Shown piece by piece: positions 26,274 to 39,504 of a stretch of 64,000 nt of DNA. The notes under the pieces were generated by a model. It worked only from the letters and a program-made list of their open reading frames with translations. It did not search any database and had not been told where the DNA came from. Origin of the DNA: Octopus vulgaris (Eukaryota); the NCBI GenBank assembly GCA_951406725.2, contig OX597830.1, positions 18,600,001 through 18,664,000 of the forward strand, written 5' to 3'. A program made the translations under genes and the position numbers. Numbering within the stretch: the first letter of the stretch is position 1; the number at the start of each line of letters is the position of its first letter.

Positions 26274-26577
26274 CAACCAGAATGCCTTTGGTCACAAGTC
26301 TACAGAAGCTAAACAACAATAACTTCAACAAAAGATGTCTTACCAAAGTTAGCATGAACAAAAAGGATGTAAAAAACAACACAAATGTACTTAGACACTT
26401 ATATATCTAGGCCTGTTGTAGCAAGCTATGGTAATAGATTTGTTTGGGCCTGAAAAATGCATAATACATATTGTTGTGTTTGATTAAACTGATTATCTTT
26501 ATGAAAAAAGAAAACTTCAATTTTCTTTTCTTTTGCAACTTTGTTTCTGCACTGCAAATTTTCAATGACAATTACAA

Positions 26578-26913
26578 CCCTTTCGTTACCGTATTTATTT
26601 TGAAATGTTCTGTGTTTCTTTCAATTATTTTAAATATAACAAAGAATTTAGTAAAATAGCTTAGTTATCATTAAGCTAGTGTTAGGAACATAAATTGTGA
26701 CTAAGGTTTGGTGGAAGATTTCAATTATTCCATCAATTATTTTAAATATAACAAAGAATTTAGTAAAATAACTTAGTTATCATTAAGCTAGTGTTAGGAA
26801 CATAAATTGTAACTAAAGTTTGGTGGAAGATTTTAATTCAAAACTTATGAAAACAAGACATTTGTACTACAGAGCCAAGGTGGTTTTGGCCAGGTTGGTA
26901 TCAAAAGGGTTAA
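26578..26913. mobile_element. piggyBac-type MITE family A with internal ~110-bp tandem duplication
   Basis: CCCTTTCGTTACC ... AAAAGGG-TTAA; segment TCAATTATTTTAAATATAAC...GGAAGATTT present twice. Confidence 0.85.
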
Positions 26914-27207
26914 GATTTGCAATCATACAGAACAAACATAGCCTTCTTATATATAGTTCAAACCTGACTTTAATAGCTGCTTTCTGCTACAAAACATCTT
27001 TTAAACATCATTAAATTTAGATTTAAAAAGAAAATAATGTCTAAATTAAATATGTCATCTGTACAACAACATATGGTAGTAGTATTGGTTGCAATATTAA
27101 GAATGGTTGGCTGGTTGGTTGGTCTTATTTCAAGAAAATCCAATCCATCGACAGGGACATAGGGAAGATATCACAATCAATATAAAAGTGAAGATAGGCA
27201 AAAACTA

Positions 27208-27535
27208 CGTCTTCTACTATAGCCTCGGGCTGACCAAAGCCTTGTGAGTGGATTTGGTTGACAGAAACTGAAAGAAGCCCGCTGTGTATATGTATATATA
27301 TATGTGTGTGTGTGTATGTTTGTGTGTCTGTGTTTGTGTCCCCCAACATCGCTTGACAACCGATGTTGGTGTGTTTATGTCCCCGTAACTTAGCGGTTCG
27401 GCAAAAGAGGCCAGTAGAATAAGTACTAGGCTTCCAAAGAGTAAGTCCTGGGGTCGATTTGCTCGACTAAAGGCGGTGCTCCAGCATGGCCTCAGTCAAA
27501 TGACTGAAACAAGTAAAAGAGTAAAAGAATAAAAA
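27208..27535 (+). mobile_element. SINE family A, 5'-truncated
   Basis: Body and tail match the family. Confidence 0.85.
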
Positions 27536-28779
27536 GAAAAGAATTAACATTTGATTGAAATTATTGCTGTCAAAGTAGAAAGAAAATTGTTTTGCCTGTT
27601 AAGAAAACTTGCAAAATTGATGGAAACTATGATATAATAGAAGACACTCTCCTGTTAGAAATAATAGCCAAAACACCCTCTCATCTTACAACAAAGACAC
27701 ACTGGACAGCATAGTACTAGATATACAAGATGGAATGGTCATGGTTGGAATGCCTTTGATCGTAGGTCTGCCGAATCATAGAATGGTCGACTGAATCCAT
27801 TACCTGGTACCTTGAGTGTATCAAGCAGAGATCTCGGTTTTAAACATTTGGGCCATATCTCTGGTTTAAAACAACTTTCCTCCTTCCTTTCCTTGGAGGC
27901 CCTGTAAAGGGTCATGGGCACTGTCTTTCCACCTGACTAAAAGATAAAGAAAATGGCCTATTTGGGGACCTCCATGTGGTCGCTCATACTGCTAGAAATA
28001 TCAGTCAATTCACCCTCAAAGTATACCATAACATCTTGAAAGGCAAAGGACATATTAAATAATGTAGTCTTGGATATGCAATACCTGGGAAATAGACTGG
28101 ATGGTCATGGCCTGAACACTGTCGATCCAAGATGGGTTCTACATGGACTATACAACTAATCTGAGTCAATGAGGGAGGCATTTACATGACTGCTTGATAA
28201 ATTGGACAAAGTAACCCTGACTTCATCTGAAAAATAGGTGGAATAGTTACAAACGGAATGCTTCTAATAAGACTGGGTCAGTCAGGGTTGACCTAGGTCT
28301 ACCCAACAACAACAACAGCAACAACTTCAGTTTCTTTCCCAGTTGAAGACCTCCAAGTAAAGCTTCTATCAAAGGGGGCTATATCTCTTCCCAGAAAACA
28401 TTGGTGGAAGTAATGCTGATGATACCTTTGGCACCAACAAAGTCTTCAGCCAAGAAACAGGAAAACTTGCCCACCTCTTGCTCCATCTCACTCTTTCTCT
28501 CCAAGCCCCACCCAGCTCATGAAGATACTTCTATTTGGCTAGAAATGGCAGCCAACTCACTTTTCAAATTGCACCCTGTCATGTTAAAAAATGGGAGGTT
28601 ACATAGGACAATAAAGTCTCAGATACACTATGCTTGAAAACGAGATTGAATGTTGACTGTTGATCAGTGCCTTTGATCATAGATCAGGGTTGCCCTGAGG
28701 AGAAAAAAAAAACCCCAAAAAAACAACCTGTTTCCCAATGTTTCAATCAGAAATTTCCTGTCAAACAAATCCGCAACAG

Positions 28780-28990
28780 CATGTGTCAGTGCTGTTCTCC
28801 TCAACTCGTGTTCTATCAAACTTCTGTATGCCTAAGGGTTCAGGTTTATCTCCCACAGTTTTCCTTCTCTCCATTAACAAGCTTCTTCTAAACAAAACCC
28901 ACGCCTACACAGCTGATGCCACCCTTCACCACTCCTATCCTTACTGTTTTCTCACACAGGCATCATCCTCAGCCACATGCAACCTAAACA
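28780..28990 (+). pseudogene. Highly decayed non-LTR RT fragment (Jockey/CR1-like)
   Basis: MPKGSGLSPTVFLLSINKLL...HAYTADATL resembles GVPQGSVLSPTLFLLFINDL...HAYADD. Confidence 0.55.
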
Positions 28991-29375
28991 ATTCATGCCA
29001 GACTAGCATTAACATTTATGAACAAAAACCTAAAACTAAATAAATAAATAAAAACATCCTGCATTAAGGACAAGACAACCTAGATTCAGTCAAAGATACC
29101 CAAGATGCAGTCACTACGCATAACGAAACACAACACTTAACTCAGAGACAAACGCATTAAGAAAACTTCTACATATACTTAGGCCACGATTTAATAAAAC
29201 ACACACATATTTGGAGCCACCCCTTATAAAAGCAATTTTAAGTGTAACCCACTTTATAACATAAAAACATACAAGTTCTCTCAGATTCATTGAGATGCTT
29301 ATATAGCAACATGGACTGGTGCTTTGGGTTTCACTGCATTAAGGAAATAAAATCTTTCTCTGGATAATTACAGAC

Positions 29376-29409
<34 letters not shown>

Positions 29410-29419
29410 GTCTTTTTCT

Positions 29420-29790
29420 TCTTAAGCTAGCAGAATGGTTAGCACGCTTGGCAAAATGCATGGCGGTATATTGTCTGTCTTCACATTCTGAGTTAAAATT
29501 CTGTCGAGGTCAACTTTGCCTTTCATCCTTTCGGGTTCATAAAATAAGTAACAGTTGAACACTGGGGTTGATGTAATCACTTTATCCCCTCCCCTGAAAT
29601 TGCTGGCCTTGTGCCAAAATTTGAGATCATTATTATTATTATCATTATTATTATTATTCAAATGTTGACAAGGTCAACTTTGCTTTTCATCCTTTCTGGG
29701 TCGATAAAATAAATACTGAGGTTGAGGTAATCGACGTCTCGCTCCCCTTAACATTTCAAGCCTTGTGCCCATAGTAAGAAGGATTATTAT
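29420..29790 (+). mobile_element. SINE family B variant plus second partial copy
   Basis: GGTCAACTTTGC.TTTCATCCTTTC.GG domain twice, (ATT)n tails. Confidence 0.75.
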
Positions 29791-29867
29791 CATTTCATGT
29801 CGATATCAAATCTTTCCATTTAGGCAATTATATATCTTGTCAATTATATGATAATTATATTCCCATG

Positions 29868-29980
29868 GGCATATGGCGTAGTGGTTAAGGGCGCGGGCTA
29901 CTAACCCCAAGATTCCGAGTTCGATTCCAAGCTGAACAATAACAATAATAATAACATCGAAAAGTACCTTACAAATGAAA
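29868..29980 (+). mobile_element. tRNA-like head of the hammerhead retroposon family (see 43.3 kb), 3'-truncated
   Basis: GGCATATGGCGTAGTGGTTAAG...GAGTTCGATTCC...TGAACAATAA, matching the minus strand of 43440-43554. Confidence 0.75.
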
Positions 29981-30655
29981 AATATGAAATATTGAAAAGA
30001 ATGTTAGCAGAATTTGCAGAAAATTTCTGACGGGGGGGGGGGGTCGCAATGAGAATGTTTGTATTCAAAACATTATAACGGATATTCCTAAAAAAAATCT
30101 GATATTAATTCTCTCATAGTTAACTGAAGTAAAAGTATGTAAAAAAAAGAAATTCTTCAGGGATGCAATCTACATGGAAAAAACAGTAGTCAAGTTAGTG
30201 TTACCATATTTAACTCAGCAAGTATTAAAATGTTAATTAGAAATAACTGTGTAATGAGAAAAAGACAATATTATTCAATGACTATCTAAATTATTTTGGT
30301 TAGTGCAAGCAACAGCTTGTAGATTTATTTCATCAGTGTTATTAGACCTCCTCAGTAAAACAGACTTGCTGAAGTAGTGACGAAAGCCTCTTGAAATAAA
30401 TGTACAATATTGTACACTAGTCAGCATAGTAAGTTAGTATATTTTGGAGAATGATTTGCCATGTAAAGTCCATGTATAATACACTATCATATGTAATACA
30501 CACCTTGATCCTTGCGTTTTAATTTTGTAACAAACCTCATAACACTATACAGGTGACATAGAGTATTGTACAACTGCTTCAAGAGTAGATAGTCAACTAT
30601 AAACCAATATATTAAGGGTTTTTTTCCTCTCCTCATCTGTGTTCTCTCCTCATTC

Positions 30656-30691
30656 CTTTCTGTAGAAGAGCATAAGCTCGAAATGTCAAAG
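30656..30691 (+). ncRNA. Minimal hammerhead-like motif (A6U core variant)
   Basis: Stem I CUUU/AAAG; CUGUAGA-A; stem II GAGC-AUAA-GCUC; GAAAUGUC. Confidence 0.5.
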
Positions 30692-30793
30692 ACTTCTTTC
30701 ATTTTTCCTGAGCGTCAAATTAATACACTCTGTTTATTGTTCCTTCACCTGTCTCTAACTCTTGCTTTTTGTTTCATTTTGAACCATATTAGT

Positions 30794-31024
30794 TTAACCC
30801 TTTTGTTACCGTATTTATTTTGAGATGCTCATGTGTTTCAGTCAATTAATTTTAAATATAACAAAGAATTTAGTAAAAGAACTTAGTTATTATTATGCTT
30901 GTGTTAGGAACTTAAATTGTGACTAAAGTTTGGTGGAAGATTTTAATTCAGAACTTATGAAAACAAGACATTTATGCTACAGAGCCAGAGGCGGTTTCAG
31001 CCGGGTTGGTATCGAAAGGGTTAA
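30794..31024. mobile_element. piggyBac-type MITE, family A
   Basis: TTAA-CCCTTTTGTTACC ... GGTATCGAAAGGG-TTAA. Confidence 0.85.
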
Positions 31025-31310
31025 GATACCTTATTTGGCAGCATAAAAGACACACAGGCAAATTAAGCAGGCTCTAATTTTAGTAGTATATCTTCAGTAA
31101 AAAGTGAGCACTAGAAACAAAATTAGCTCATAGGAGGCCCAACTTTGCATATAGAACATGGGGGAATTCTTTGAGAAATTTTTTTGAAAAAGATCCATCT
31201 TAAATGCCATCAAATAAATTGATGTATAATAAATTCTTTAAAAAATTGAGAAAATAATAAATCCTTTTTACATTATTGTGTTTTTACCTCTTAAAAGTCA
31301 GTGGGGAAAT

Positions 31311-31690
31311 AGGCACAGGTGTGGCTGTGTGGTACGAAGTTAGCTTTGCAACCACATGGTTCTGGGTTTAGTCCCACTATGTGGCACCTTGAATAAATGT
31401 CTTCTGCTATATCCTTGGGCCAACCAAAGCCTTGTGGGTAGATTTAGTAGACAGAAACTGAAAGAAGCCTATTGTGTGTGTGTGTGTATATATCTATATA
31501 TATATGTCTGTGTGTGTCTTTGTCCCCCACCATCATTTGACAACCAATGTTGGTGTGTTTATCTCCTCATAACTTAGTGCTTCGTCAAGAGAGACCAATA
31601 GAGTAAGTACCAGGTTTAATAAAACAATAAGTACTGGGGTCGATTTATTGGCTGCAGTCTAATAACTGAAACAGGTAAAAGATAAAAGAA
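31311..31690 (+). mobile_element. SINE family A, diverged
   Basis: Head, microsatellite and tail. Confidence 0.8.
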
Positions 31691-32265
31691 ATCCTTTGCA
31701 TGTATTACATGCACCCCTAATTTTAATATTGATGTTGGTAAAAGAAAGAAAAAAACAGAGTGCATTGTACATGGAATTTCTAAGATATTTGGAGAAATTA
31801 CTCGTGGATGCCATTTGCATGAAATTTTGTGCAGTAACTATTATTATGTTAGAGCAAGTCTGTAAATAAATTTTCATACTTTGAAATTAAGTTTGTGTGA
31901 AATAAAGTATGTTGATCTAAGAAGAAGTGAAACAACTGAACTGAGTTTGATCTCAAGTCCTTCGTGTTGATGGTAGTTTCATGTTATATCCACTAGTCAT
32001 TTTCTCCACACATTAAGATACGAAAGTTTTCAGAATTTATTTCATTTTTGTACTTGTGGATGTATGTACTTGGCAGTTTCGCAAAAAAAAAAAAAGTCCT
32101 TGTAGAAAAAGTACCTGACTTTCCCCAAAAAGTACTAAACTCAACTAAAAAAAATTCTTCGTTGGTGTCCCACCATAGCCACAGTCTAATAACTATCAAG
32201 TAAATGGTAAAAGATATACATGTGTATGTATGTATGTATGTATATATATATATATATACACACAC

Positions 32266-32297
<32 letters not shown>

Positions 32298-32414
32298 GTA
32301 TGTATATATATATATATATATACATCATATATGCTTTCTGCTTTTCTCATTATGCAATGCAGCTTAAGCTCTGAATTTTAGCCTATCCTCAGATGAAACG
32401 ATTTGATCTATATT

Positions 32415-32473
<59 letters not shown>

Positions 32474-32747
32474 AATTTAGTCCTCAATAAATTAAAGCAT
32501 TAAAAAGTATAAATATAGTAAATAAAAAAGGATTAGGTGATGTTGACTGAAATGGTTATTATCAAAGGTTTCAGTGAAATTGATCTGGTACTAAGCAATT
32601 ACATTTTAAACCTGTCATAGTTTCATCTTCCAAACATGCTTACAACTACAAACACAGAGAAATATTTCAGGAAACCCTAGCAACAACCCTCTAAAAATCA
32701 CTTGTTTTCTCATCTAATTTTGACAAATAAAATGCATTACATTCTCT

Positions 32748-32969
32748 TGTACTTGTGGCGACATTCACCCTGGGCGGGTTGAGTCGGCTTCTTCCACCAC
32801 CCTCGAGGCATCTCGAACCATGGCAGCCCACGCACGACGGTCCTGCGCCAGTTCACTAGAGATAGGGAGCCAGTCACGGTTCCATTGGTGCAGGCCGACC
32901 ACCTGTGGTCCCGTGAGCACGGAGAGGTCCTCCTTGATCGTCGTAACCCAGGTCTTCAGCTGCCCGCCC
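32748..32969 (-). mobile_element. 5'-truncated RTE-clade LINE 3' end (second family)
   Basis: Minus frame GGQLKTWVTTIKEDLSVLTGPQVVGLHQWNRDWLPISSELAQDRRAWAAMVRDA; 8-bp TSD CATTCTCT (32740-32747 / 32970-32977). Confidence 0.8.
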
Positions 32970-33548
32970 CATTCTCTGGTTTACAACTACATTTTAGTAG
33001 CAACCCCTACATTACTGGAACTATGTAGAACCATACAATATGGTTCCAGTTCTTTTAAAAGAACATCAGTAGAAACTTGAACAATTAAGGAAACCTCAAT
33101 GCAGTCACTCAACCTGTGATAAATAACAGCTACCTTTCCCTCAGAATCATACCCTATACAGACTTAAAATAAAGAGATGTAAGTACACAACGGGCAATTT
33201 CCTAAATACACTTGTGTCTGATGTAAATGAAAAAAATTAATGGACAGAGTGAGTGTTGATGGATTTCTTTTGATAATAGTTCCATTTGATTATATAACTA
33301 AATAATAACAATGCAGCAATCTTCAGAATGAGATGATGAGGTGCAGCTGTATGGACACTGGTGATTTAGCATGGTTTGATCGGACATTCAACTTGTTTTG
33401 GCACTGGAAGTAAACACACACACATGAAGAAATATATGTTATATATATATATATATATATCCTCCTTCTTTCCTGAGCGTCCAATAATACTTTATTTGTT
33501 CCACATCCTTGCGTTGTTGTCTTTTTGTTTTCTTGTTTGGATTAACTT

Positions 33549-33611
<63 letters not shown>

Positions 33612-33617
33612 GAGGAG

Positions 33618-33651
<34 letters not shown>

Positions 33652-33962
33652 GAGAGAGAGAAACAGTAAAACATCTGATGTCAAATAAGTCAGTATCGAA
33701 TAAGCGATGGGTGGAGCTATAAGGCAGCTGTGCCAAACTATCTAAATACGTAGCAATCCTCAAGAAATATAGAGCTGTGGAGTTGATACATAAAACTTTC
33801 AAATTTAACTCTGGTTCCTCTATTTGTAATTAGATTAATCTTTTTTTTTACATTGATTGAAAGCACATAACACATGCATTACTAATGTGAATCTTTATAG
33901 CACCCAAATATGTCAGAGTTTGTGTTTTAAGGGAATAGCTTTGCCTTTATACAAATGCCATT

Positions 33963-34194
33963 TTAACTATTTTGTTACAGTTTTTCTGCTGAAATACACT
34001 GCCTTTTGTTTCAATTAATTATGAAATTTATGATGATTTTAGTAAAACAACTCTGTCATAATTAAGCTGGGGGTTTGGAACATAAATTAACATAAAATTT
34101 TGAAGGAAGGTTTTAATTTAGACCACTTTAAAATAGGAACCTTGCATCATGGAATCAGGGGCAGTTTTGAGTGGGTTGGTATCAAAAGGGTTAA
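33963..34194. mobile_element. Diverged piggyBac-type MITE (family A relative)
   Basis: TTAA at both ends, right TIR GGTATCAAAAGGG. Confidence 0.7.
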
Positions 34195-34219
34195 AAGAAA
34201 TAAATTCAATTTATTTTAG

Positions 34220-34532
34220 ACGATGCCATGCTGGGGCACTGCCTTGAAGAGTATTTTAGTTAAATGAACTGACTCCAGTTCTTAACTTTTTTTTCAAGCC
34301 TGGTACTTGTTCTATTAGTCTCTTTTGCCAAACCGCTAAGTTGCAGGGACATAAACATACCTAGTCTAGCTGTTAAGCCGTGGTGGGTGCACATTCACAC
34401 ACACACACACACGATAGGCTTTGATTGGCCTGAGGTTATAGTTTAAGACACTTGCCCAATATGCCATACAGTGAGACTGAACCTGGAACCATGTGGTTGG
34501 GAAGCAAATTTCTTACCACACAGCCATACCTG
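34220..34532 (-). mobile_element. SINE family A, diverged
   Basis: Homology to the family. Confidence 0.7.
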
Positions 34533-35990
34533 AGATACATAACTTTTGCTGTCTGAGATCAAAGCATTTTATGGGTTTAAAGTTTACATTAACATAACGA
34601 AAGATTAGATTAAATTAAATAAAAACTACTTTGCAAAGATTTGAAAAGTTTATCATCCCAACACAAAATTTATTAAACATTGTATCTATGGAATAGAGCA
34701 TTATATTACAAATATATTTAGTCAAAGTCAGTACATTTTTACCAACTCCATTTCCAATAGTCCAATAATTTGCTCTGACATGGACTACATCTTCACAGCT
34801 CTGTTGAAATAGCAGCCAAGTCTTCTTTGAATTACACTTTACAGAGTAAATAAGTGAGGTTACATTAAATAATGTAGTTTTTAACACACTGACATGGAAG
34901 AAAAAAAATAGACCAAGTGGTCATGATTGGATTGCTTTTGATTATAAGGTCTGCTTAACTGCAGCTGACACAAGGTGAAAAAAAACAGTGGCAGAAACTT
35001 AATTGCTACATAAAAAAAAAAAAAAGTGAGTTCCTCATAAACCATTATTTCTTAAGGCCAGAGATTTAGTCTCGATTGTTGAAGATCATAAAAGATGTGT
35101 TTTGAAGACACATGTGACTGCTGCATTAGCAGATCATGGGATTGACATTTTGTATTAATTTCAGAAGCCTCTTTATTAAGACACATGCAAACCCCCCATC
35201 CAATGGACGGTGCTGAGTTGTCAAACATTTAAACTAAATTTTCTCAAAGCAACTTGTCCGACCGTCCCATAGGCCTCCCCTTTGAGAAACACTGATTTAA
35301 CTTAAATTTGAGACACCAGCAAAAGAAGAAATAAAGATAGACTTTTTTTCTATTCCAAAGAAAAACGATTTTATTCACACAAATATGCAACCGAAGAGTT
35401 TATCGATCGTATTCTCACCTGGAATCGATTTTTGTAATTTTTTCAAGACTTATACACACCCTGATACTGTCAGTATCTACATATCAAATTTGAGCGCAAT
35501 AGGATGGAGGATGCCCGAGATCCTAGGAGACACACACACAGACAGACAGAATGGATTTTATATAATAGATTAACTGCTATTGCCCATTACTGGTTATTGT
35601 GTGAGTTAAGTAATGAACCACCAGTGATACATGTGGCAGTTAACGTGTTAATTCATCAGAAGAGGAATTTACAAGCTGTTCATTAAAGTTCAGATGAATC
35701 TTTAACTTTTAACCATCAACAAATCAATGTTATGCGAACTCATAAATCCATTCTCACAAGCCTTAACAAGATAAGACAAAGGTGAAAAATTTCTCTTTTA
35801 TATATAAAACACTCTACCGTGTTTTTTTCCTGGAGAGAGGGAAGATTTTACCTGTCAACTAGAGAACCATTACACTGCCACTAGATCTGCTAGAAATAGC
35901 AGCCAAATTTTTCTCAAGTGACAGCCTACTATCTTAAAATAGGAACAGCACAATGGATAAGTTTCTGAAGATACAATATGTCTGAAAATA

Positions 35991-37150
35991 TGAGGATGAG
36001 TAAAAAGTAAGCAACATTTTGAAACATGAAATTCATCACAATATATTTCAATAATACGGAAATTTTATTCAGCAAAGTATATACCACTACAATCAACACA
36101 TTTTGCCATTCTGGTAACATAAAAAATCTGGAGTTCTGGAGCTGATGAACTCTTCGAACGCACTTTCAGCATCGGTTTCATTGTTGAATTCCTTCTCTCA
36201 CAGGAAACCATCAAGGTGCTTGAAAAAGAGGTAGTCTGTAGGAGAAAGGTCTGGAGATTAAGCTGGGTGGGAAAGAACTTCATATCCAAGTTCTCTCAAC
36301 TTTTGCAACATCATTAGTGAAACGTGTGGTTGAGTATTGTCATGGAGAATGATTAGCCATCTTCTGTTGACCAGTCTGGGATGGAGGAGTAGCAGTTTTT
36401 TGTTCATTTTGGCAATTTCATGACAATATGTTTCTGCAGTAATGATTTTTCCAGGTTTTAAGAAGTTATAGTGGATGAGTCCAGCAGTGCACCACCAGTT
36501 CCCATAACTTTCTTTTTGAAGAACTCGGGTTTAGGGAAGGGTTTTGGTTCTTCATTTTGGTCCAACCACTGCAGTTTTTATTATTGTACAGAATTCACTT
36601 TTCATTGCAAGTTACAACATGGTTGAGAAATGGATCGGTTTGGTTATGAAGAAGTGACAAGCATATTTCATATCTGCGCATTTTCTGATTTTCATTAAAA
36701 TCATGTGGTACCTATTTGTCAAGATCTTTCTCAGTGACAGTGTTTAATTGACTGTCATCGATGACAGATGAGTGTCCACTATGCTCACAGTCTTTAAGAC
36801 TCAGGTTTCCACTGTGAAATTGTTTAAACCATTTTCGAGCTGACCACTCACTGGTTATTTCCTCGCCAAACATTTCATTGATATGGCAAGTAGTTTTAGT
36901 TGCTTTATGTCCCGTTTTTAAGTTGAACAGCAAAATTGCTCAAATATCACGTTTTGACAGTTCCATTTCAGATGATTGTAACAATGGTGAAAAAAATATC
37001 AATGTTAATTTATTGATGCATTTGGGCAAGTCTATGTCTGTATTATCTGGCAACGGCAAAAAAAAATGTTTTAAAAAATTCAAAACTCTGCAAAAATCCA
37101 GTACAAATTCTTCATAGTTCAAAACGTTGCTTACTTTTCACTCAACCTGA
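35991..37150 (-). mobile_element. Decayed mariner (Tc1/mariner) transposon
   Basis: ~30-bp TIRs (TGAGGATGAGTAAAAAGTAAGCAAC / GTTGCTTACTTTTCACTCAACCTGA), TA TSD; HTH ORF GHKATKTTCHINEMFGEE..ARKWFKQFHSG; LHDNTQPH and SPDLSPTDYLFF motifs; frameshifted. Confidence 0.92.
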
Positions 37151-38522
37151 TAAAACAGGATGGTTACCATCTGAAGAGGGCTGGTAAGAGGGCTAAACAA
37201 CCATACCCTTCTATTACATGTAGCAATATATAAAATCTAGATTGTATTCCCTTCTTCCTGAACTAAGGAAAACTTAATGCAGGATCTGCCCTGAGATAGA
37301 AACATTTTACTTATAAAACCTAAAATGACTGGACTAAAACTATGATGGATCTCAAATCTTTTTGGCATTGTGTACCACAATCATTTGATCAATTAAATTA
37401 CTTACTAAATAAATTGGAGATCAATTGGCTGAGAACAAGCACTTGTATTTTTAAGTTAACAGTTGGATAGAGTCAAATATGATGCTGTATATACTGTGAC
37501 ACGGTTGGGCTATCAAATTAAAGATAGTCTTTCAGTTCCTGTCTATCTAGGGACACTCACAACACTCACACAGTGACCTCGAACTATGAGAGAGAGAGAG
37601 GTGCTGTATGGGGGATCAAACCTGGGGCCTCATAAAGTGATCTTAACCATTCAGACAAAATATAGTTGTCATCTATTTTTTAAAAGCTTAACATGAGAGG
37701 AAAGGCAATGCCCATGACCCTTTTTAGAGTCCATGTGCTTGGTGGGAGGGAGGAATATACTCACAAAGATAAACTTCTGGTAAGCTTAGTTTGCAATCTG
37801 ATTTCATTTTCCAGTTCAAGGAATTTCTCTTCACTTATGTGGCTAATGGCGTCAAGAGATGTACAAACTTGACATTCTTATTTCCTGTTCTCATACAAAA
37901 CTAAGCTCATATTTAAGGTATTAAGTATTTAAGATAGTTTATCATTTTTCATACTTTTCGCTGTACTAGCATAAGTAACTGCAAATTTGAGTATTTCATA
38001 TAATAGTTACAAATATTTTGATCTTTACTATGAAGCTTTTCAGGTGTGTTATAGAATTGCTATCTGTTTTAATACCAAGTAGACTGAGGCAAGTAGAGAA
38101 ATGTTTAGAAGTAGCACAAATATATAGTATCTATTATACTATAAAACCAATATGGAATAAAATTCTATTCTTTGTGAGAGGGGACTGAATTTTGGCCTTA
38201 AAGCAATATATCATTTGTATTCCAATAAGAAATTTGTTTCATCTGGTAATTAAATGGTGGACAAACATGATATGGCTGTGGTTTCTTCAGTTGAATTTTT
38301 AAAAGTAACCTGTATCCAAGGCTGGATTGAGACCCATAGAAGTCCTAAGCACTTACAAGATTTGAGACAAAACAAATAGTAAGATGGAAAATAATATTCA
38401 TTCTTGTATGCTTCCACTTTATTTATATTTGAAAAGTTTTCTGCTTTTTTTAATTGCAAATTCTTTGAGGAGATCCTCAAAACTGATAATCTGTAACACA
38501 TCTGCTTCTATACTTAGCAAGT

Positions 38523-38752
38523 TTAACCCTTTCGTTACCGTATTTATTTTGAGATGTTTTGTGTTTCTTTCAATTAATTTTAAATATAACAAAGAATCTA
38601 GTAAAAATACTTAGTAATCATTAAGCTAGTGTTAGGAACATAAATTGTGACTAAGGTTTGGTGGAAGATTTTCATTCAGAACATATGAAAACAAGACATT
38701 TATACTACAGAGCTAGAGGCGGTCTCAGCCGGTTTGGTATCGAAAGGGTTAA
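38523..38752. mobile_element. piggyBac-type MITE, family A
   Basis: TTAA-CCCTTTCGTTACC ... GGTATCGAAAGGG-TTAA. Confidence 0.88.
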
Positions 38753-39504
38753 AGTGACTTCTTTTGTGCCGTAAACCAAACCATTTCTGTGGTGCCCCAC
38801 TTCTCTTGACACTCTAAGCACATGCTTATTTTGCTTTACGGTTAATCCCACACTGCCTATATCACATGGCTACACAGGCAATGATGTATATATACAGAGA
38901 AAGGAAAAACTGCTCAGAGTAAAGAAAAGCAGCTCAAAGTAGAGGAAAGCAGCTCAAAGTCCATCAAACTATCATCTCATTAAAGAAGCTCTTTAATCAA
39001 TTTCCAATATTACAAGAGTTGATGGTAAGCAGATAGCCAGGTTTTGCTGGTAGCCATAAATACTCGACTAAGCAGCCTGTCATCATGACACTTCCGCTCC
39101 ACCCACTATAACAATTGCAATGAGAGGTTGCTACCAGATGGCCCCTGTCTAAAAAAGATTTGGAGGAAGATAAAAATAATACAAAAAAAATTTATTTTAC
39201 TTAAAAAAGCTTTCCCCTTAAGTTCTTATGTAAACTATGCTCAATGTATTCAGTATCAAATCTCTTGTTATTTCACCACTATTTCTTTCCTGTCCCTATT
39301 ACCGTTCCCTCTTTAATAAATCTTACTTTGAATGCAATCTTTCTCTTTAAACTCTTTTGGTATCAGCCCACCTAAGATTGGTTGTGATTCTATGAAACGA
39401 AACCTTTCATTTTAAAGACTCCATCATTATCATTTTACATCCACTTTTCCATACTTGCATGGGTCAGATGGTGACTTTGTTGAAACAGAATACAGATACA
39501 TAAG

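Noticed and set aside
29868-29935. Functional tRNA gene
   Set aside because: Acceptor stem does not close; continues into retroposon linker sequence
35360-35572. Helitron/Helentron-like non-autonomous element (also 55.8-56.05 kb)
   Set aside because: Only suggestive end motifs; termini could not be defined from single copies
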